IMG/VR virus record: IMGVR_UViG_2850796239_000012
Source: a virus
Lineage: Duplodnaviria; Heunggongvirae; Uroviricota; Caudoviricetes
DNA: 51,993 nucleotides
Reading direction: 5' to 3' (one strand)
Shown piece after piece: positions 38,903-48,261 of the stretch. The translations under genes were made by a program, and so were the position numbers. How positions within the stretch are numbered: position 1 is the stretch's first letter; every line of letters starts with the position of its first letter. A model generated the notes under the pieces. That model searched no databases. It saw only the letters and a list, made by a program, of their open reading frames with translations, and had not been told where the DNA came from.

Positions 38903-39589
38903 TCACTCCTTCTCTTCTTTACCGTAGTGGAGTTGACCAATTTTGATAAGAGGGCGTCCCTGAGATTTGCGGTGTAGATTGGTATCGCGCAGAGAATACA
39001 CACAGCCACAATATTCCTGCTGATAGAATTTTTCGCGCTTGCTGATTTCAATCATACGGGACGAGCCGCCCTGCTTGCGCCAGTTATAATCCCAGTACAC
39101 CATGCCCGGATAATGCGCGACGGCTCGCCGCCCACAGTCGTTAACCTGCTGCATATTTTTCCAGCGTGAAATGCCCAGTGAACTGCTGATCACACTGAAA
39201 CCATTTTCAGCGGCGTACAGCGCTGTCCGCTCAAAACGCATGTCAAAACACATGGTGCAACGGATCCCTCGTTCGGGCTCCCATTCCATTCCTTTGGCTC
39301 GTTCAAACCAGTTGTCTGTGTCGTAATCAGCATCAATAAACGGCACGCCGTGTTGTTCAGCAAAGCGAATATTCTCATCCTTACGAATTAAATACTCTTT
39401 CTGAGGATGAATGTTCGGGTTGTAGAAAAAGATGGTGTAGTCGATTCCCGAAGCCTGAAGCGCCTCCATCACCTCACCGGAACATGGAGCACAGCAAGAG
39501 TGCAGTAGTAGTTTGTTTGCCCCGTTTGGGAGCTCCAATTTGGGCCGTTTGAAATCAGCAACTGTCATAAATATGTTTATTGGGGTCAT
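38903..39589 (-). CDS. QueH-like (DUF208) Cys-rich protein, putative epoxyqueuosine reductase homologue
   Basis: 228 aa with …[11 protein letters not shown]… and …CTMCF… / …CGC… cysteine motifs characteristic of DUF208/QueH as recalled. Confidence 0.55.
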   Translation of the reverse strand: MTPINIFMTVADFKRPKLELPNGANKLLLHSCCAPCSGEVMEALQASGIDYTIFFYNPNIHPQKEYLIRKDENIRFAEQHGVPFIDADYDTDNWFERAKGMEWEPERGIRCTMCFDMRFERTALYAAENGFSVISSSLGISRWKNMQQVNDCGRRAVAHYPGMVYWDYNWRKQGGSSRMIEISKREKFYQQEYCGCVYSLRDTNLHRKSQGRPLIKIGQLHYGKEEKE

Positions 39590-39736
39590 AAAAATATCAA
39601 AGAGTGTAGCATTAGAACGGGGCTATCGGAAACAGATGTGTGACTGCTCCCCGCCCTTTCGGGCGGTCTCCTGATGATTTGAGGGTGCAGAAATCCCTCC
39701 GGTTAAGGATTAAATTTTTAACAGTGCTAAATTTAA

Positions 39737-40150
39737 TTATTCAGTTCTGGATTTTGTCGCCCTGCGTATCCGCGCTTTCGCGTTACGCTCAATCTGTATC
39801 AGCTTTTCTATATTTCTCCGCCTTTCCTGTTCCTCCTGGCGCAATAGCCTTACATCATCTGCCAGTCTGGTTTCTCTTTTTGCCACAGAGAGCATCCAGT
39901 CAAACGGCTCCACAACCGCACCGCAGATTTTACAGCGGACCTGACGCTCTTTTTCGTCAACCCGTACAGAGGCGTGATGGCAATATGGTCTTTCCGATGG
40001 CTCATAAAGAAAATTAACCTGATTACGAGGGTCATCCTCTTTTATCGGAAATAAAACGATATTGCTTAACTCATCTTCTGGTTTTATTTCCATGCTCCTC
40101 TCCTTTGATGCGAATGCCAGCGGTAATTGAAGCCTGATAGCTAATTTCAT
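39737..40150 (-). CDS. Hypothetical protein with C-x(17)-CxxC zinc-ribbon-like motif
   Basis: 137-aa ORF (true start may be the internal MEIKPEDE… Met) in the replication/nin region. Confidence 0.35.
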   Translation of the reverse strand: MKLAIRLQLPLAFASKERSMEIKPEDELSNIVLFPIKEDDPRNQVNFLYEPSERPYCHHASVRVDEKERQVRCKICGAVVEPFDWMLSVAKRETRLADDVRLLRQEEQERRRNIEKLIQIERNAKARIRRATKSRTE

Positions 40151-40573
40151 TCACAGTATCGCCTCCTGAAAATTACCCTGATAGAAAGCCAGTACACGCT
40201 GCATAGCTTCGCTCTTCCGGCACTCGCGACAGATTATATTCAGGCGCCTGTCGTAGCGGCGTATTTCTCCGTCAGGTAATGACCAGATAAGGTCCGGATC
40301 AACAACAACCGGTTTCCTCACCTTTACTCTCGAGAGTTTTTTGCGGGCGCTTTGCCAGTCCTTGCGAGCCTGTTCAGACGGGAATAAGCCGTAGCCAGAA
40401 TTATATACATCACCACTTGCGACCAGTTCCATGCATAAGCGACCGACAGACGCACGACTGATACCTGTTTCATCTGACAACTGCCGAATCGTGACCCGAC
40501 CGTCCTGATGCACGAGTTCCACAATTCGCGTCTTCAGTTCTTCCCGCTGTTCGGGAGTAAAAGGTTTCGCCAT
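40151..40573 (-). CDS. Hypothetical HTH-containing phage protein
   Basis: 140 aa; …RQLSDETGISRASVGRLC… HTH-like segment; downstream of the DnaC-like gene. Confidence 0.4.
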   Translation of the reverse strand: MAKPFTPEQREELKTRIVELVHQDGRVTIRQLSDETGISRASVGRLCMELVASGDVYNSGYGLFPSEQARKDWQSARKKLSRVKVRKPVVVDPDLIWSLPDGEIRRYDRRLNIICRECRKSEAMQRVLAFYQGNFQEAIL

Positions 40574-40587
40574 AAATCCTCCTGAAA

Positions 40588-41334
40588 CTACTTAACAACC
40601 CTCGAATGGCTAACATTCGGACGCCAGCTCTCCCAGTTAAAATTCACCCAGCGCCCGCCGTTCATGACCATGCGATCCATCACCCGCTCGCCGAGCAATG
40701 TTTTCATCACCTCATAGTTCAGGTTTGTCAGCATCCCCACGCTGCGCATCGACGCTGTCCGGCGATCAACAATCTGGTGCAGCACCACCTGCTCGTTTTT
40801 CGTCTCGCGCTGAATGCCAATTTCATCAAGAACCAGCAGATCCACTTCGCACAGCTCCCGCAAAAATTTTTCGCCTGACTGCCCGTCGTCATAGCTGGCG
40901 TGCAGGGCGCTCATAACATCAGCCACGGTAACCACAATCACTGTCTGACCGTCTTTCAGCAGGCGATTCCCGATAGCTGCCGCTAAGTGATTCTTCCCGG
41001 TACCAGGTTTTCCGCTGAACGCAAAATTTGTACACCCGGTCATCAGTTCATCGGCGATGGATTTCGCCTGGCTTAACGCGTATCGCTGGCCGTCGTTCTG
41101 CACCTGGTAATTCGCAAACGAGCATTTACGGTGCAACGGCTGGATGCCTGAGCGATTCAGAATTTTTTCCACCCGCAGCTGGCGATTCAGGCGGTTGATC
41201 TCCTCGCTACGTTTCTGGCCTTCAGCAAGTTGCCACTCGCGCCACTCCGCTACCGTTCTGAATGGGGCGGTTACATGTGGCGGGGTCAGTCGGCGGATGC
41301 GTTCCAGAACGCCGCCTGTCGCAATATTTTTCAT
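40588..41334 (-). CDS. DnaC-like replication protein (helicase loader, IstB-type ATPase)
   Basis: 248 aa with Walker A …FSGKPGTGKNHLAAAIG… and Walker B …DLLVLDEIG…; follows the O-like gene. Confidence 0.8.
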   Translation of the reverse strand: MKNIATGGVLERIRRLTPPHVTAPFRTVAEWREWQLAEGQKRSEEINRLNRQLRVEKILNRSGIQPLHRKCSFANYQVQNDGQRYALSQAKSIADELMTGCTNFAFSGKPGTGKNHLAAAIGNRLLKDGQTVIVVTVADVMSALHASYDDGQSGEKFLRELCEVDLLVLDEIGIQRETKNEQVVLHQIVDRRTASMRSVGMLTNLNYEVMKTLLGERVMDRMVMNGGRWVNFNWESWRPNVSHSRVVK

Positions 41335-41340
41335 GGTCCG

Positions 41341-42123
41341 TTACCCCCTGAAGCCTGGCGGGATCGCACTGTCCGGCAACGAGACGGTGTTAACCTGTCG
41401 GAGCAACGTCTCAGGCCGAACACCTTTCGGCGCGAACAGGCCCTGGTATTCATTGGCGATGCTGTGTCGAATCACCTGCTCAGGTGTAAAACCCTGCTGA
41501 CGGAATTTTTCCAGTTCCCGTATCGCCCCGTTAGCGCCCTGCTCCGTTCGAATCGGTTTTCGCAATGCCTGTCTGAACCGGACCCACTCATGCCAGAGTG
41601 TTTCCGGCAACCAATCGGGCAGCTCAATAGCCTCCGGCTCGAATTTTTTAGACGCTCGTTTTTGGCGAGGGGGATTTAGGGGGAGATCAGTATTTAGATC
41701 TTCCTCTTCCTCTGGTAACGCTTTTTGATCCGTTTGTGTAACGCTGGCAGCGTTACCTTTTCGTTTCAGTTCGCGTATTTTTGTTACTCGCTCGTTTGTA
41801 ACCGCCCGTTTTTTAGAGCTTTTTCCGTTATGACGTTCAAAGTTAGGTAGAGAAAGCCCACCGTCATTTTCGACCAGCCATCCAACCTGAATTAACGCAT
41901 CAGCAAAACCAGACATAAAAGTGATGCGATCTATTGCACTTTTTGTAACGCCGCGAGCGTTACAATCTGCATTACCGTCTATCATTTGTTGATCCGCCCA
42001 TGCCCAGAAGCGAATAACCTTCCCTAATGCGGCATCTGGATCAATATTCAGAATCTCAGCAAGCCTGAATATTTCCGGCTTATCCGGCGTAATAACCTCG
42101 AGCTTTATCCAGTTTGAAGCCAT
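41341..42123 (-). CDS. Replication initiation protein (lambda O-like position)
   Basis: 260-aa ORF between the switch region and the DnaC-like gene, with a Lys/Arg-rich central linker. Confidence 0.55.
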   Translation of the reverse strand: MASNWIKLEVITPDKPEIFRLAEILNIDPDAALGKVIRFWAWADQQMIDGNADCNARGVTKSAIDRITFMSGFADALIQVGWLVENDGGLSLPNFERHNGKSSKKRAVTNERVTKIRELKRKGNAASVTQTDQKALPEEEEDLNTDLPLNPPRQKRASKKFEPEAIELPDWLPETLWHEWVRFRQALRKPIRTEQGANGAIRELEKFRQQGFTPEQVIRHSIANEYQGLFAPKGVRPETLLRQVNTVSLPDSAIPPGFRG

Positions 42124-42200
42124 TTGTTTTCACCTTGTAACGCTCGCAGCGTTACATTTAACTGATACCGAACAAAACAATCCGGCACGATTAATTTCAA

Positions 42201-42623
42201 TCAATGCACTACGACAGAATCGCCGGGCGACCCACCACCGCTGAAATGTGCTTTCCGGTAAACGGCCTGGACAGCATCATCATGCGCATCAATTGCCGTA
42301 CTCAACGCTTCCTGCGCCGCCAGTAATGCACGGCGTTCCAGGGTATCGAAGATACAGAGTCGGTGACGCAGCTCACGCGGAAGAATTGCCAGAACCGCAG
42401 GGATCAGTTTCTGAATTTTTTCCCTTTGCGCTTTCGTTTCACCTTTCAACCAACGGTGATAGATATTCTGCTGATTGTTCCAGTCCTTGCCTGGTACCAG
42501 AGGCAATTCGCCGCCCCCCTGCCGCAGATATTCTTCAGTAATTGCGTTAGCGACCCACGCCTGCCCTTTTTCGGCTGCCAGGGCTAACAGCACTGATTCG
42601 ATGTGCTCATGCCTGATTTTCAT
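42201..42623 (-). CDS. YdaT-like protein (cII position)
   Basis: 140-aa ORF immediately downstream of the cro-like gene, as in the Rac racR-ydaS-ydaT arrangement. Confidence 0.45.
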   Translation of the reverse strand: MKIRHEHIESVLLALAAEKGQAWVANAITEEYLRQGGGELPLVPGKDWNNQQNIYHRWLKGETKAQREKIQKLIPAVLAILPRELRHRLCIFDTLERRALLAAQEALSTAIDAHDDAVQAVYRKAHFSGGGSPGDSVVVH

Positions 42624-42626
42624 GAA

Positions 42627-42833
42627 TCACCTTCCCAGGTCGTTTTGCCTTACGATATTCGTCATAAACTTTGGGGTCGTACTGAAGTTCCCCGCCAGAT
42701 GCCTCTTGCAGGCGCATCGCGCGACCTTCAGGAACCAGTTCCCCCATGCAGCAATGCTTGCCAGCCTAACTCCTGCGGCATTGGCAAGCTTTGTTTTGCT
42801 GCCAAAAAACGCTATAGCATCAATTTTCAACAT
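42627..42833 (-). CDS. Cro/YdaS-like HTH regulator
   Basis: 68 aa with HTH …FGSKTKLANAAGVRLASIAAW…; divergent from the repressor gene across an operator region. Confidence 0.6.
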   Translation of the reverse strand: MLKIDAIAFFGSKTKLANAAGVRLASIAAWGNWFLKVARCACKRHLAGNFSTTPKFMTNIVRQNDLGR

Positions 42834-42909
42834 ATCGAGCTCCTTAGATTTTCCTAAGGAAACTAGATCGTAGAGAAACCTAAGTCAAGAAAAATTAGAA
42901 TTCCCTAAT
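42834..42909. promoter_or_regulatory. Immunity switch intergenic region (OR-like operators/promoters)
   Basis: Palindrome TCCTTAG-ATTTTC-CTAAGGA at 42841-42860 and a further CCTAAG half-site at 42879-42884, between divergent cro-like and cI-like genes. Confidence 0.45.
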
Positions 42910-43317
42910 ATGAAAAACGAAACCTTCGGTGCTCGCCTCTTACATAGGCGTAAAAAATTAAAACTGTCTCAGGCCGCATTAGGTAAGCTGGTCAAAGTGG
43001 CTCACGTAACAATTTCTCAATGGGAAAGAGATGAAACACAGCCGGCGGGGAAAAGATTATTCGCACTGAGCCAAGCGCTTCAGTGCTCACCGACTTGGCT
43101 TCTTTTTGGGGATGAAGATAAACAACCAGGCGAACCGATCCCGGATAATCAGCCAGCCATTCTGACAGAAGATCAAAAAGAGTTACTTCAACTGTTCGAC
43201 GCACTGCCTGAGTCAGAGCAAAAGGCCCTGTTGTCAGAGATGCGTGCTCGAGTTGAAAATTTCAACAAACTTTTTGAAGAACTACTCAAAGCTCGCAAAA
43301 GAAGCGCAAACAAATAA
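42910..43317 (+). CDS. Phage repressor (cI/RacR-like, HTH, no peptidase domain)
   Basis: 135 aa with N-terminal HTH …LKLSQAALGKLVKVAHVTISQWE…; divergent from the cro-like gene. Confidence 0.7.
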   Translation: MKNETFGARLLHRRKKLKLSQAALGKLVKVAHVTISQWERDETQPAGKRLFALSQALQCSPTWLLFGDEDKQPGEPIPDNQPAILTEDQKELLQLFDALPESEQKALLSEMRARVENFNKLFEELLKARKRSANK

Positions 43318-43384
43318 TCCCCTTTTTTCTCCACACCCTGTAATAAAAAGCACAAACTTTCAAACACTTGTGTTTTTTACATCA

Positions 43385-43445
43385 AAAAACTTAGGTTTTT
43401 CTACATAAAAATCTTGACCATCCACCTTAGGTTATTCTAAATTTC
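43385..43445. promoter_or_regulatory. OL-like operator region
   Basis: CTTAGGTTTTTCTAC (43390-43404) and CCTTAGGTTATTCTAA (43425-43440) repeat the CTTAGG/CCTAAG motif seen in the OR region; contains a possible TTGACC -35. Confidence 0.35.
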
Positions 43446-43676
43446 ATTCATCAAGACACCGCACGGTGTTCTCAGCAAACAGTTCCGCTACCCCGGCGTT
43501 AAGGGGAAATGGGGTCAACATGAATACTATCGATCTTGGCAACAACAAATCTCTGGTGTACGGCGTGTTCCTCAACCAGGACGGCACATTCACCGCCATG
43601 ACGTATACCAAAAGCAAAACGTTTAAAACCGAAGCTGGCGCACGTCGTTGGTTGGGAAGACATTCAGGTGAGTAAA

Positions 43677-43880
43677 ATGAACGAGACAGAATTAAAACAC
43701 GTTATCGCTCTACTCCCAGAAGATGCAAAACGCCTCCAGCAACTGGAGCCAAATGCAGGCACTGGGGCACGCATCTGGCTGGCTAAAGAAGCGCTGGAAT
43801 CTGGCGATTATGATAGCGAAGAAGCCTTCTACAAAGCAGAAGGCCGTGCAGGATATTCACCGGGTCTTGGCGGGGTATAA
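43677..43880 (+). CDS. Hypothetical early-left protein
   Basis: 67 aa from ATG 43677 preceded by SD AGGTGAG; a 51-aa ORF (43520-43675) lies just upstream. Confidence 0.3.
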   Translation: MNETELKHVIALLPEDAKRLQQLEPNAGTGARIWLAKEALESGDYDSEEAFYKAEGRAGYSPGLGGV

Positions 43881-44153
43881 ATACCATGCGCATTGACTGA
43901 ATTCGCAAACAAAAACAGACGCGCGATACCCGGATAGTCGGTCTGCATAGTCAGATATCTGGCTGCGAATTTGATAAATATCACCGCCCTTTTCGGAAAC
44001 ATAAGTTCCGTCCGGGAGTTGATTATACGAACCATCTCCATGGGGGATCGTTCTCCTGAATCCTAGTGAGAGCATATATTTATGAAGCCCTTCGTAATCC
44101 TCTGGCTCAGCATTATATAGTTCTACTCTGGCGAGATACGTTGGCATATTCAT
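43857..44153 (-). CDS. Hypothetical protein, antisense to the early-left operon
   Basis: 98-aa ORF with SD AAGGAA; converges on and overlaps the 3' end of the 43677-43880 ORF. Confidence 0.35.
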   Translation of the reverse strand: MNMPTYLARVELYNAEPEDYEGLHKYMLSLGFRRTIPHGDGSYNQLPDGTYVSEKGGDIYQIRSQISDYADRLSGYRASVFVCEFSQCAWYLYPAKTR

Positions 44154-44383
44154 TTCCTTACTGGTTGTGTGAGAACTTCAGTAAAGATACCACCAAAGCC
44201 CGGAGGTGGTGAAATAAAACCGGGCACAACACGAAGGCGCATTTCCGGTATCCATAAAGAGTCGGTCTTGTCTGTGAAATTTAAATGGTGGGAGTGCGCT
44301 TCCGGTTGTAAATAACGACATTGCTGTGTGAAGTACCAGTTGGCGGCATCGGTTTAATTGCTGGCTGATGTCCGCCCTTTTTA

Positions 44384-44405
44384 AAGTGAATTTTGTGATG
44401 CGGTG
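44384..44405. repeat. 22-bp inverted repeat, left arm
   Basis: AAGTGAATTTTGTGATGCGGTG; exact reverse complement at 44517-44538. Confidence 0.8.
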
Positions 44406-44516
44406 AATGCGGCTAAGCCCACGCGGCACAGTTAAAAGTCATGTTAGTCCTTATTGGTTTGGGTGGGAAAGCCGACTGTAATTGTTAACTGGTTAACGTC
44501 ACCTGGAGGCACCAGG

Positions 44517-44538
44517 CACCGCATCACAAAATTCACTT
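44517..44538. repeat. 22-bp inverted repeat, right arm
   Basis: CACCGCATCACAAAATTCACTT; 111 bp spacer containing GTTAACTGGTTAAC. Confidence 0.8.
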
Positions 44539-44560
44539 CGGTGATGAAAGGTGAGAGAAA

Positions 44561-45409
44561 ATGTTGAATGTAGCTATTGAAAACCAGAACGGGTGGAATT
44601 ATAGTGCACCTGCACCTCATAAAACGGGTGCCGGGATTGCTACCCCGACGATGACTACTGCGCATAACCGCGCTCAGGCGGTTTTTTTATGCGTCAAGCA
44701 CAGCCACATTCAGATTATGGTGGGGCGTGCAGGGCAGCCGCAAGGCTGGCCGGTTTCGGTAGTCACCGGTTGTAGCAACCCTGTGCGTCTCACCACCCAT
44801 GAGATTGCTACCTCTGGTGGTGAGTTATTTAAACTGACTATCGAGGCTGCCATCATGGCTACTATCCTTACCCTTTCTCACCCTGACGTAACCATCGAAA
44901 ATGGTCGCGCTGTCACTACGTCTGTTGCGGTTGCGGAGTTCTTCCGGAAAATGCACAAAAACGTTATTCAGAAGATCGAAACTCTCGAATGCTCGCCGGA
45001 GTTTAACCGGCTTAATTTTAAGCCCGTCACCTATACCGACGCCAAAGGCGAAAAACGCCCAATGTACCAAATCACCAAAAACGGCTTCGTTTTCCTGGTG
45101 ATGGGCTTCACTGGCAAAAAAGCCGCCGCATTCAAGGAAGCCTACATTGCTGAGTTCGACCGCATGGAGGCCGAACTGCGCCAGAATAACACCCCACCTG
45201 CTGACAAGATGATTCCGGGTGATGGTCGCACTCTGGTTGTTCACTTCGACAAATTCGGCAATGTCGAATTCACCGAAACCGTTCCTGATGGCGCACTGGT
45301 CTGTACCCTGGAGACTTTCCGGTTTTATCTGGAAAAACAGGGATGGACTCTTGTTAACCGGGGCGCAATTAAAAATATGACTGTGGAACAATTACTTTCT
45401 TTAAAATAA
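44561..45409 (+). CDS. Rha-family phage regulatory protein (antirepressor-like)
   Basis: C-terminal 184 aa (from Met at 44855) carry the Rha-type region …TSVAVAEFFRKMHKNVIQKIE…FNRLNF…MYQITKNGFVFLVMGFTGKKAAAFKEAYIAEFD…; the upstream 98 codons are in frame with a good SD at 44561 and may be an extension or a separate small ORF. Confidence 0.6.
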   Translation: MLNVAIENQNGWNYSAPAPHKTGAGIATPTMTTAHNRAQAVFLCVKHSHIQIMVGRAGQPQGWPVSVVTGCSNPVRLTTHEIATSGGELFKLTIEAAIMATILTLSHPDVTIENGRAVTTSVAVAEFFRKMHKNVIQKIETLECSPEFNRLNFKPVTYTDAKGEKRPMYQITKNGFVFLVMGFTGKKAAAFKEAYIAEFDRMEAELRQNNTPPADKMIPGDGRTLVVHFDKFGNVEFTETVPDGALVCTLETFRFYLEKQGWTLVNRGAIKNMTVEQLLSLK

Positions 45410-45425
45410 AAATGGAGCTACGGAT

Positions 45426-45707
45426 ATGAACCCTATGCTTGATTATTGTTTTACCTCTGCACCTCAGCAGACCATAACACACACCGGAATCAAAAAATTG
45501 TTATGGATAATCAAAAAAACCCTCCAGCAGAAAGGTGATCCCGATTTAATTCCCTGTGCTTATGGCCTGTGTGACAGACAAGTAAGCCCTGATAAGGCTT
45601 ACACTGCTGAACTTATTTACATGCACGGAACCATGATGAGGAAAAAGAAACGCAAATATTGTAGTGAAATCTGCGCCGAAAAAGACCAGATGGCACACGA
45701 ACTTTAA
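45426..45707 (+). CDS. Hypothetical small Cys-containing protein
   Basis: 93-aa ORF in the early-left operon. Confidence 0.3.
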   Translation: MNPMLDYCFTSAPQQTITHTGIKKLLWIIKKTLQQKGDPDLIPCAYGLCDRQVSPDKAYTAELIYMHGTMMRKKKRKYCSEICAEKDQMAHEL

Positions 45708-45781
45708 TTAACTGACTATTCGAAACTGAATTTATGCCAGCAATGGCAGGGATTCGCTCAACCTTAATTAAGGAGAAAAAC

Positions 45782-46027
45782 ATGAACACCAATTATGAAG
45801 CCACTGTTGCAACTACTGATAACATTGTTCACGAGGTTTACCTGGAAGGAAAGCATATTGGCTACGTAATTAAAACAGAAAATAAAGAAACCCCATTCAC
45901 TGTGGTTGATATCGACGGTCTATCAGGAAACTTTAAAACTCTTGTTGAAGGTGCCACAAAAATGTGCCTGGTTTACATCGGAAATAATCTGCCCGCAGAA
46001 AAAAAGCCGAATTTCTGGCAACTCTGA
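45782..46027 (+). CDS. Hypothetical protein
   Basis: 81 aa from internal Met with strong SD AAGGAG. Confidence 0.35.
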   Translation: MNTNYEATVATTDNIVHEVYLEGKHIGYVIKTENKETPFTVVDIDGLSGNFKTLVEGATKMCLVYIGNNLPAEKKPNFWQL

Positions 46028-46155
46028 TTGCAATGAAATTAAAAGGTGAAATCTGAAAAAAAGAAAGCCTGCACAGTGTGCAGGCCTGAGTGAAGAACCT
46101 GGGACATTTATTCATCACTCGCAGTAATTTTAATCTGAGTTGAGGTTAAAAAACA

Positions 46156-47982
46156 ATGAGCACAAAACCACTCTTCCTGTTACGGAAAGCGAAAAAATCA
46201 TCCGGTGAACCTGACGTCGTCCTGTGGGCAAGCGACGATTTTGAATCGACCAGCACCACTCTGGACTATCTGCTCGTTAAGTCAGGTAAAAAACTGAGCA
46301 ACTATTTTAAAGCTGTTGCCACAAATTTTCCTGTCGTTAATGACCTTCCCCCTGAAGGTGAGATCGATTTTACCTGGAGTGAACGCTATCAACTCAGCAA
46401 AGACTCCATGACATGGGAACTAAAACCGGGAGCAGCGCCAGACGACGTTCACCACCAGGATAATGCTCAAGAAACCAAAGAACTGGCGGGAGGCCAGGAA
46501 GAAAACGCGCAGGCAGACGCCCACGAGGATTGCCAGGATTGCGAAGTCTCTGTAGCCACTTTGCGGTTCACACAGCGTCTTCTGCACATTTTTACGTATG
46601 CTGCCGGGGATCGGAAATACCTGCATCATGCCACCCGTGAACAACGCAAACACATTACTGCTCTTGAGATGGATCAGGAAAACAGCTATGTCCAGAATCT
46701 GCTGTTGGCCATACGCGGCATGGCAGAACCGACAACTCTGGATAATGCCGCCCTGCTCCGCCTGACTGATGCAATTAAGGCAGTTTTCTCTATCACGAAA
46801 AAACATCAGCCCTATGAATTTAAGAATTTCATTTCAGCCTGGCTGGATACCGAACACATTGATCGCGGTCTTCTGACAAAAGAATGGCGAAAAGGGAATC
46901 GTGTTTCACGCATCACTCGCACGACTTCCGGTGCTAATGCTGGCGGCGGGAACCTCACCGATCGCGGCGAAGGTTTCGTCCACGATCTGACGTCACTGAC
47001 GCGCGATGTAGCCACTGGCGGGCTGGATTATTCCCGCGCCATCGTGGTTGCGTCCGTGAAAGAAGCACCAATTGGGATCGAGGTCATCCCCGCACACGTC
47101 ACTGAATATCTGAACAAAGTACTGACTGAAACCGATCATGCCAACCCTGATCCGGAAATCGTGGATATTGCCTGCGGTCGCTCCTCTGCCCCGATGCCGC
47201 AGCGAGTAACAGAAGAAGGAAAACAGGACGATGAAGAAAAACCACAACCATCTGGCGCAATGACAGATGAACAGGCAACGGCTGAAACAGTGGAACCGAA
47301 TGCAACTGAACATCATCAGAACACGCAGCCGCTGGATGCTCAGTCACAGGTAAATTCTGTTGATGCGAAATATCAGGAACTGCGGGCAGAACTCCATGAA
47401 GCCCGGAAAAACATTCCGCCCAAAAATCCTGTCGATGCAGACAAATTACTGGCTGCCTCTCGCGGAGAATTTGTTGAAGGGATTAGCGACCCGAATGATT
47501 CGAAATGGATTCCCGGTCATCATATCTCCTCAAATGAAGTCAAAAAAACGGAAAATGAAGTGCGACAGACTGAAGATAAACAGCACCAGAACAGCGAACC
47601 GGAGGAGGGAACACCCTGCAATCAGACTGGCGAGGATAACTGCCCTGACTGTGGCGCGGTGATGGGAGACGCAACTTATCAGGAAACTTTTGACGAAAAA
47701 AAACCAGATGAAGCACAGGAAGAAGAGCCGAAGAAAACGGAAAAAGCTGATGATTTGTTACCGGAGAACGCTGGCAGCGATCAGCATAATGATAGCAATA
47801 ATGAAACTGGCGAAGATGAACTCAACTGGAAAAAACAGGTGTTGATTGCGGCGGTTTACGGTTTATGTGCGAATCCTGCGTGCATAGCCTATGCGCCTGC
47901 AATCCCTGACATCGCAATGATGATTGCCAACAAGCTTGAAAATTTTGGAGTGACCAGTGATGAGCGCTTACCCGATTTTTGA
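46156..47982 (+). CDS. Large acidic protein of unknown function with Cys pairs and a hydrophobic C-terminal tail
   Basis: 608 aa; CQDCE and [13 protein letters not shown] motifs, Glu/Asp/Gln-rich low-complexity centre, C-terminal …[33 protein letters not shown]…; SD GAGG. Confidence 0.45.
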   Translation: MSTKPLFLLRKAKKSSGEPDVVLWASDDFESTSTTLDYLLVKSGKKLSNYFKAVATNFPVVNDLPPEGEIDFTWSERYQLSKDSMTWELKPGAAPDDVHHQDNAQETKELAGGQEENAQADAHEDCQDCEVSVATLRFTQRLLHIFTYAAGDRKYLHHATREQRKHITALEMDQENSYVQNLLLAIRGMAEPTTLDNAALLRLTDAIKAVFSITKKHQPYEFKNFISAWLDTEHIDRGLLTKEWRKGNRVSRITRTTSGANAGGGNLTDRGEGFVHDLTSLTRDVATGGLDYSRAIVVASVKEAPIGIEVIPAHVTEYLNKVLTETDHANPDPEIVDIACGRSSAPMPQRVTEEGKQDDEEKPQPSGAMTDEQATAETVEPNATEHHQNTQPLDAQSQVNSVDAKYQELRAELHEARKNIPPKNPVDADKLLAASRGEFVEGISDPNDSKWIPGHHISSNEVKKTENEVRQTEDKQHQNSEPEEGTPCNQTGEDNCPDCGAVMGDATYQETFDEKKPDEAQEEEPKKTEKADDLLPENAGSDQHNDSNNETGEDELNWKKQVLIAAVYGLCANPACIAYAPAIPDIAMMIANKLENFGVTSDERLPDF

Positions 47983-48256
47983 TCGTATTGAAGAAATGGC
48001 ATGGGCTCGCCACTACCAGCAGATCGTTCGTGAAGAAAAAGAAACGGAACTGGCGGACGACCTGGAAAAAGGTCTGCCTCAGCACCTGTTTGAATCGCTC
48101 TGCATCGACCATTTGCAACGCCACGGTGCCAATAAACAGGCAATCAGCCACGCATTTGATGATGATGTTGAGTTTCAGGAGCGCATGGCAGAACACATCC
48201 GGTACATGGCTGAAACCATTGCCCACCACCAGGTTGATATTGATTTGGAGGACTAA
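47957..48256 (+). CDS. Hypothetical acidic protein
   Basis: 99-aa ORF overlapping the end of the 608-aa gene. Confidence 0.3.
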   Translation: MMSAYPIFDRIEEMAWARHYQQIVREEKETELADDLEKGLPQHLFESLCIDHLQRHGANKQAISHAFDDDVEFQERMAEHIRYMAETIAHHQVDIDLED

Positions 48257-48261
48257 AATCT

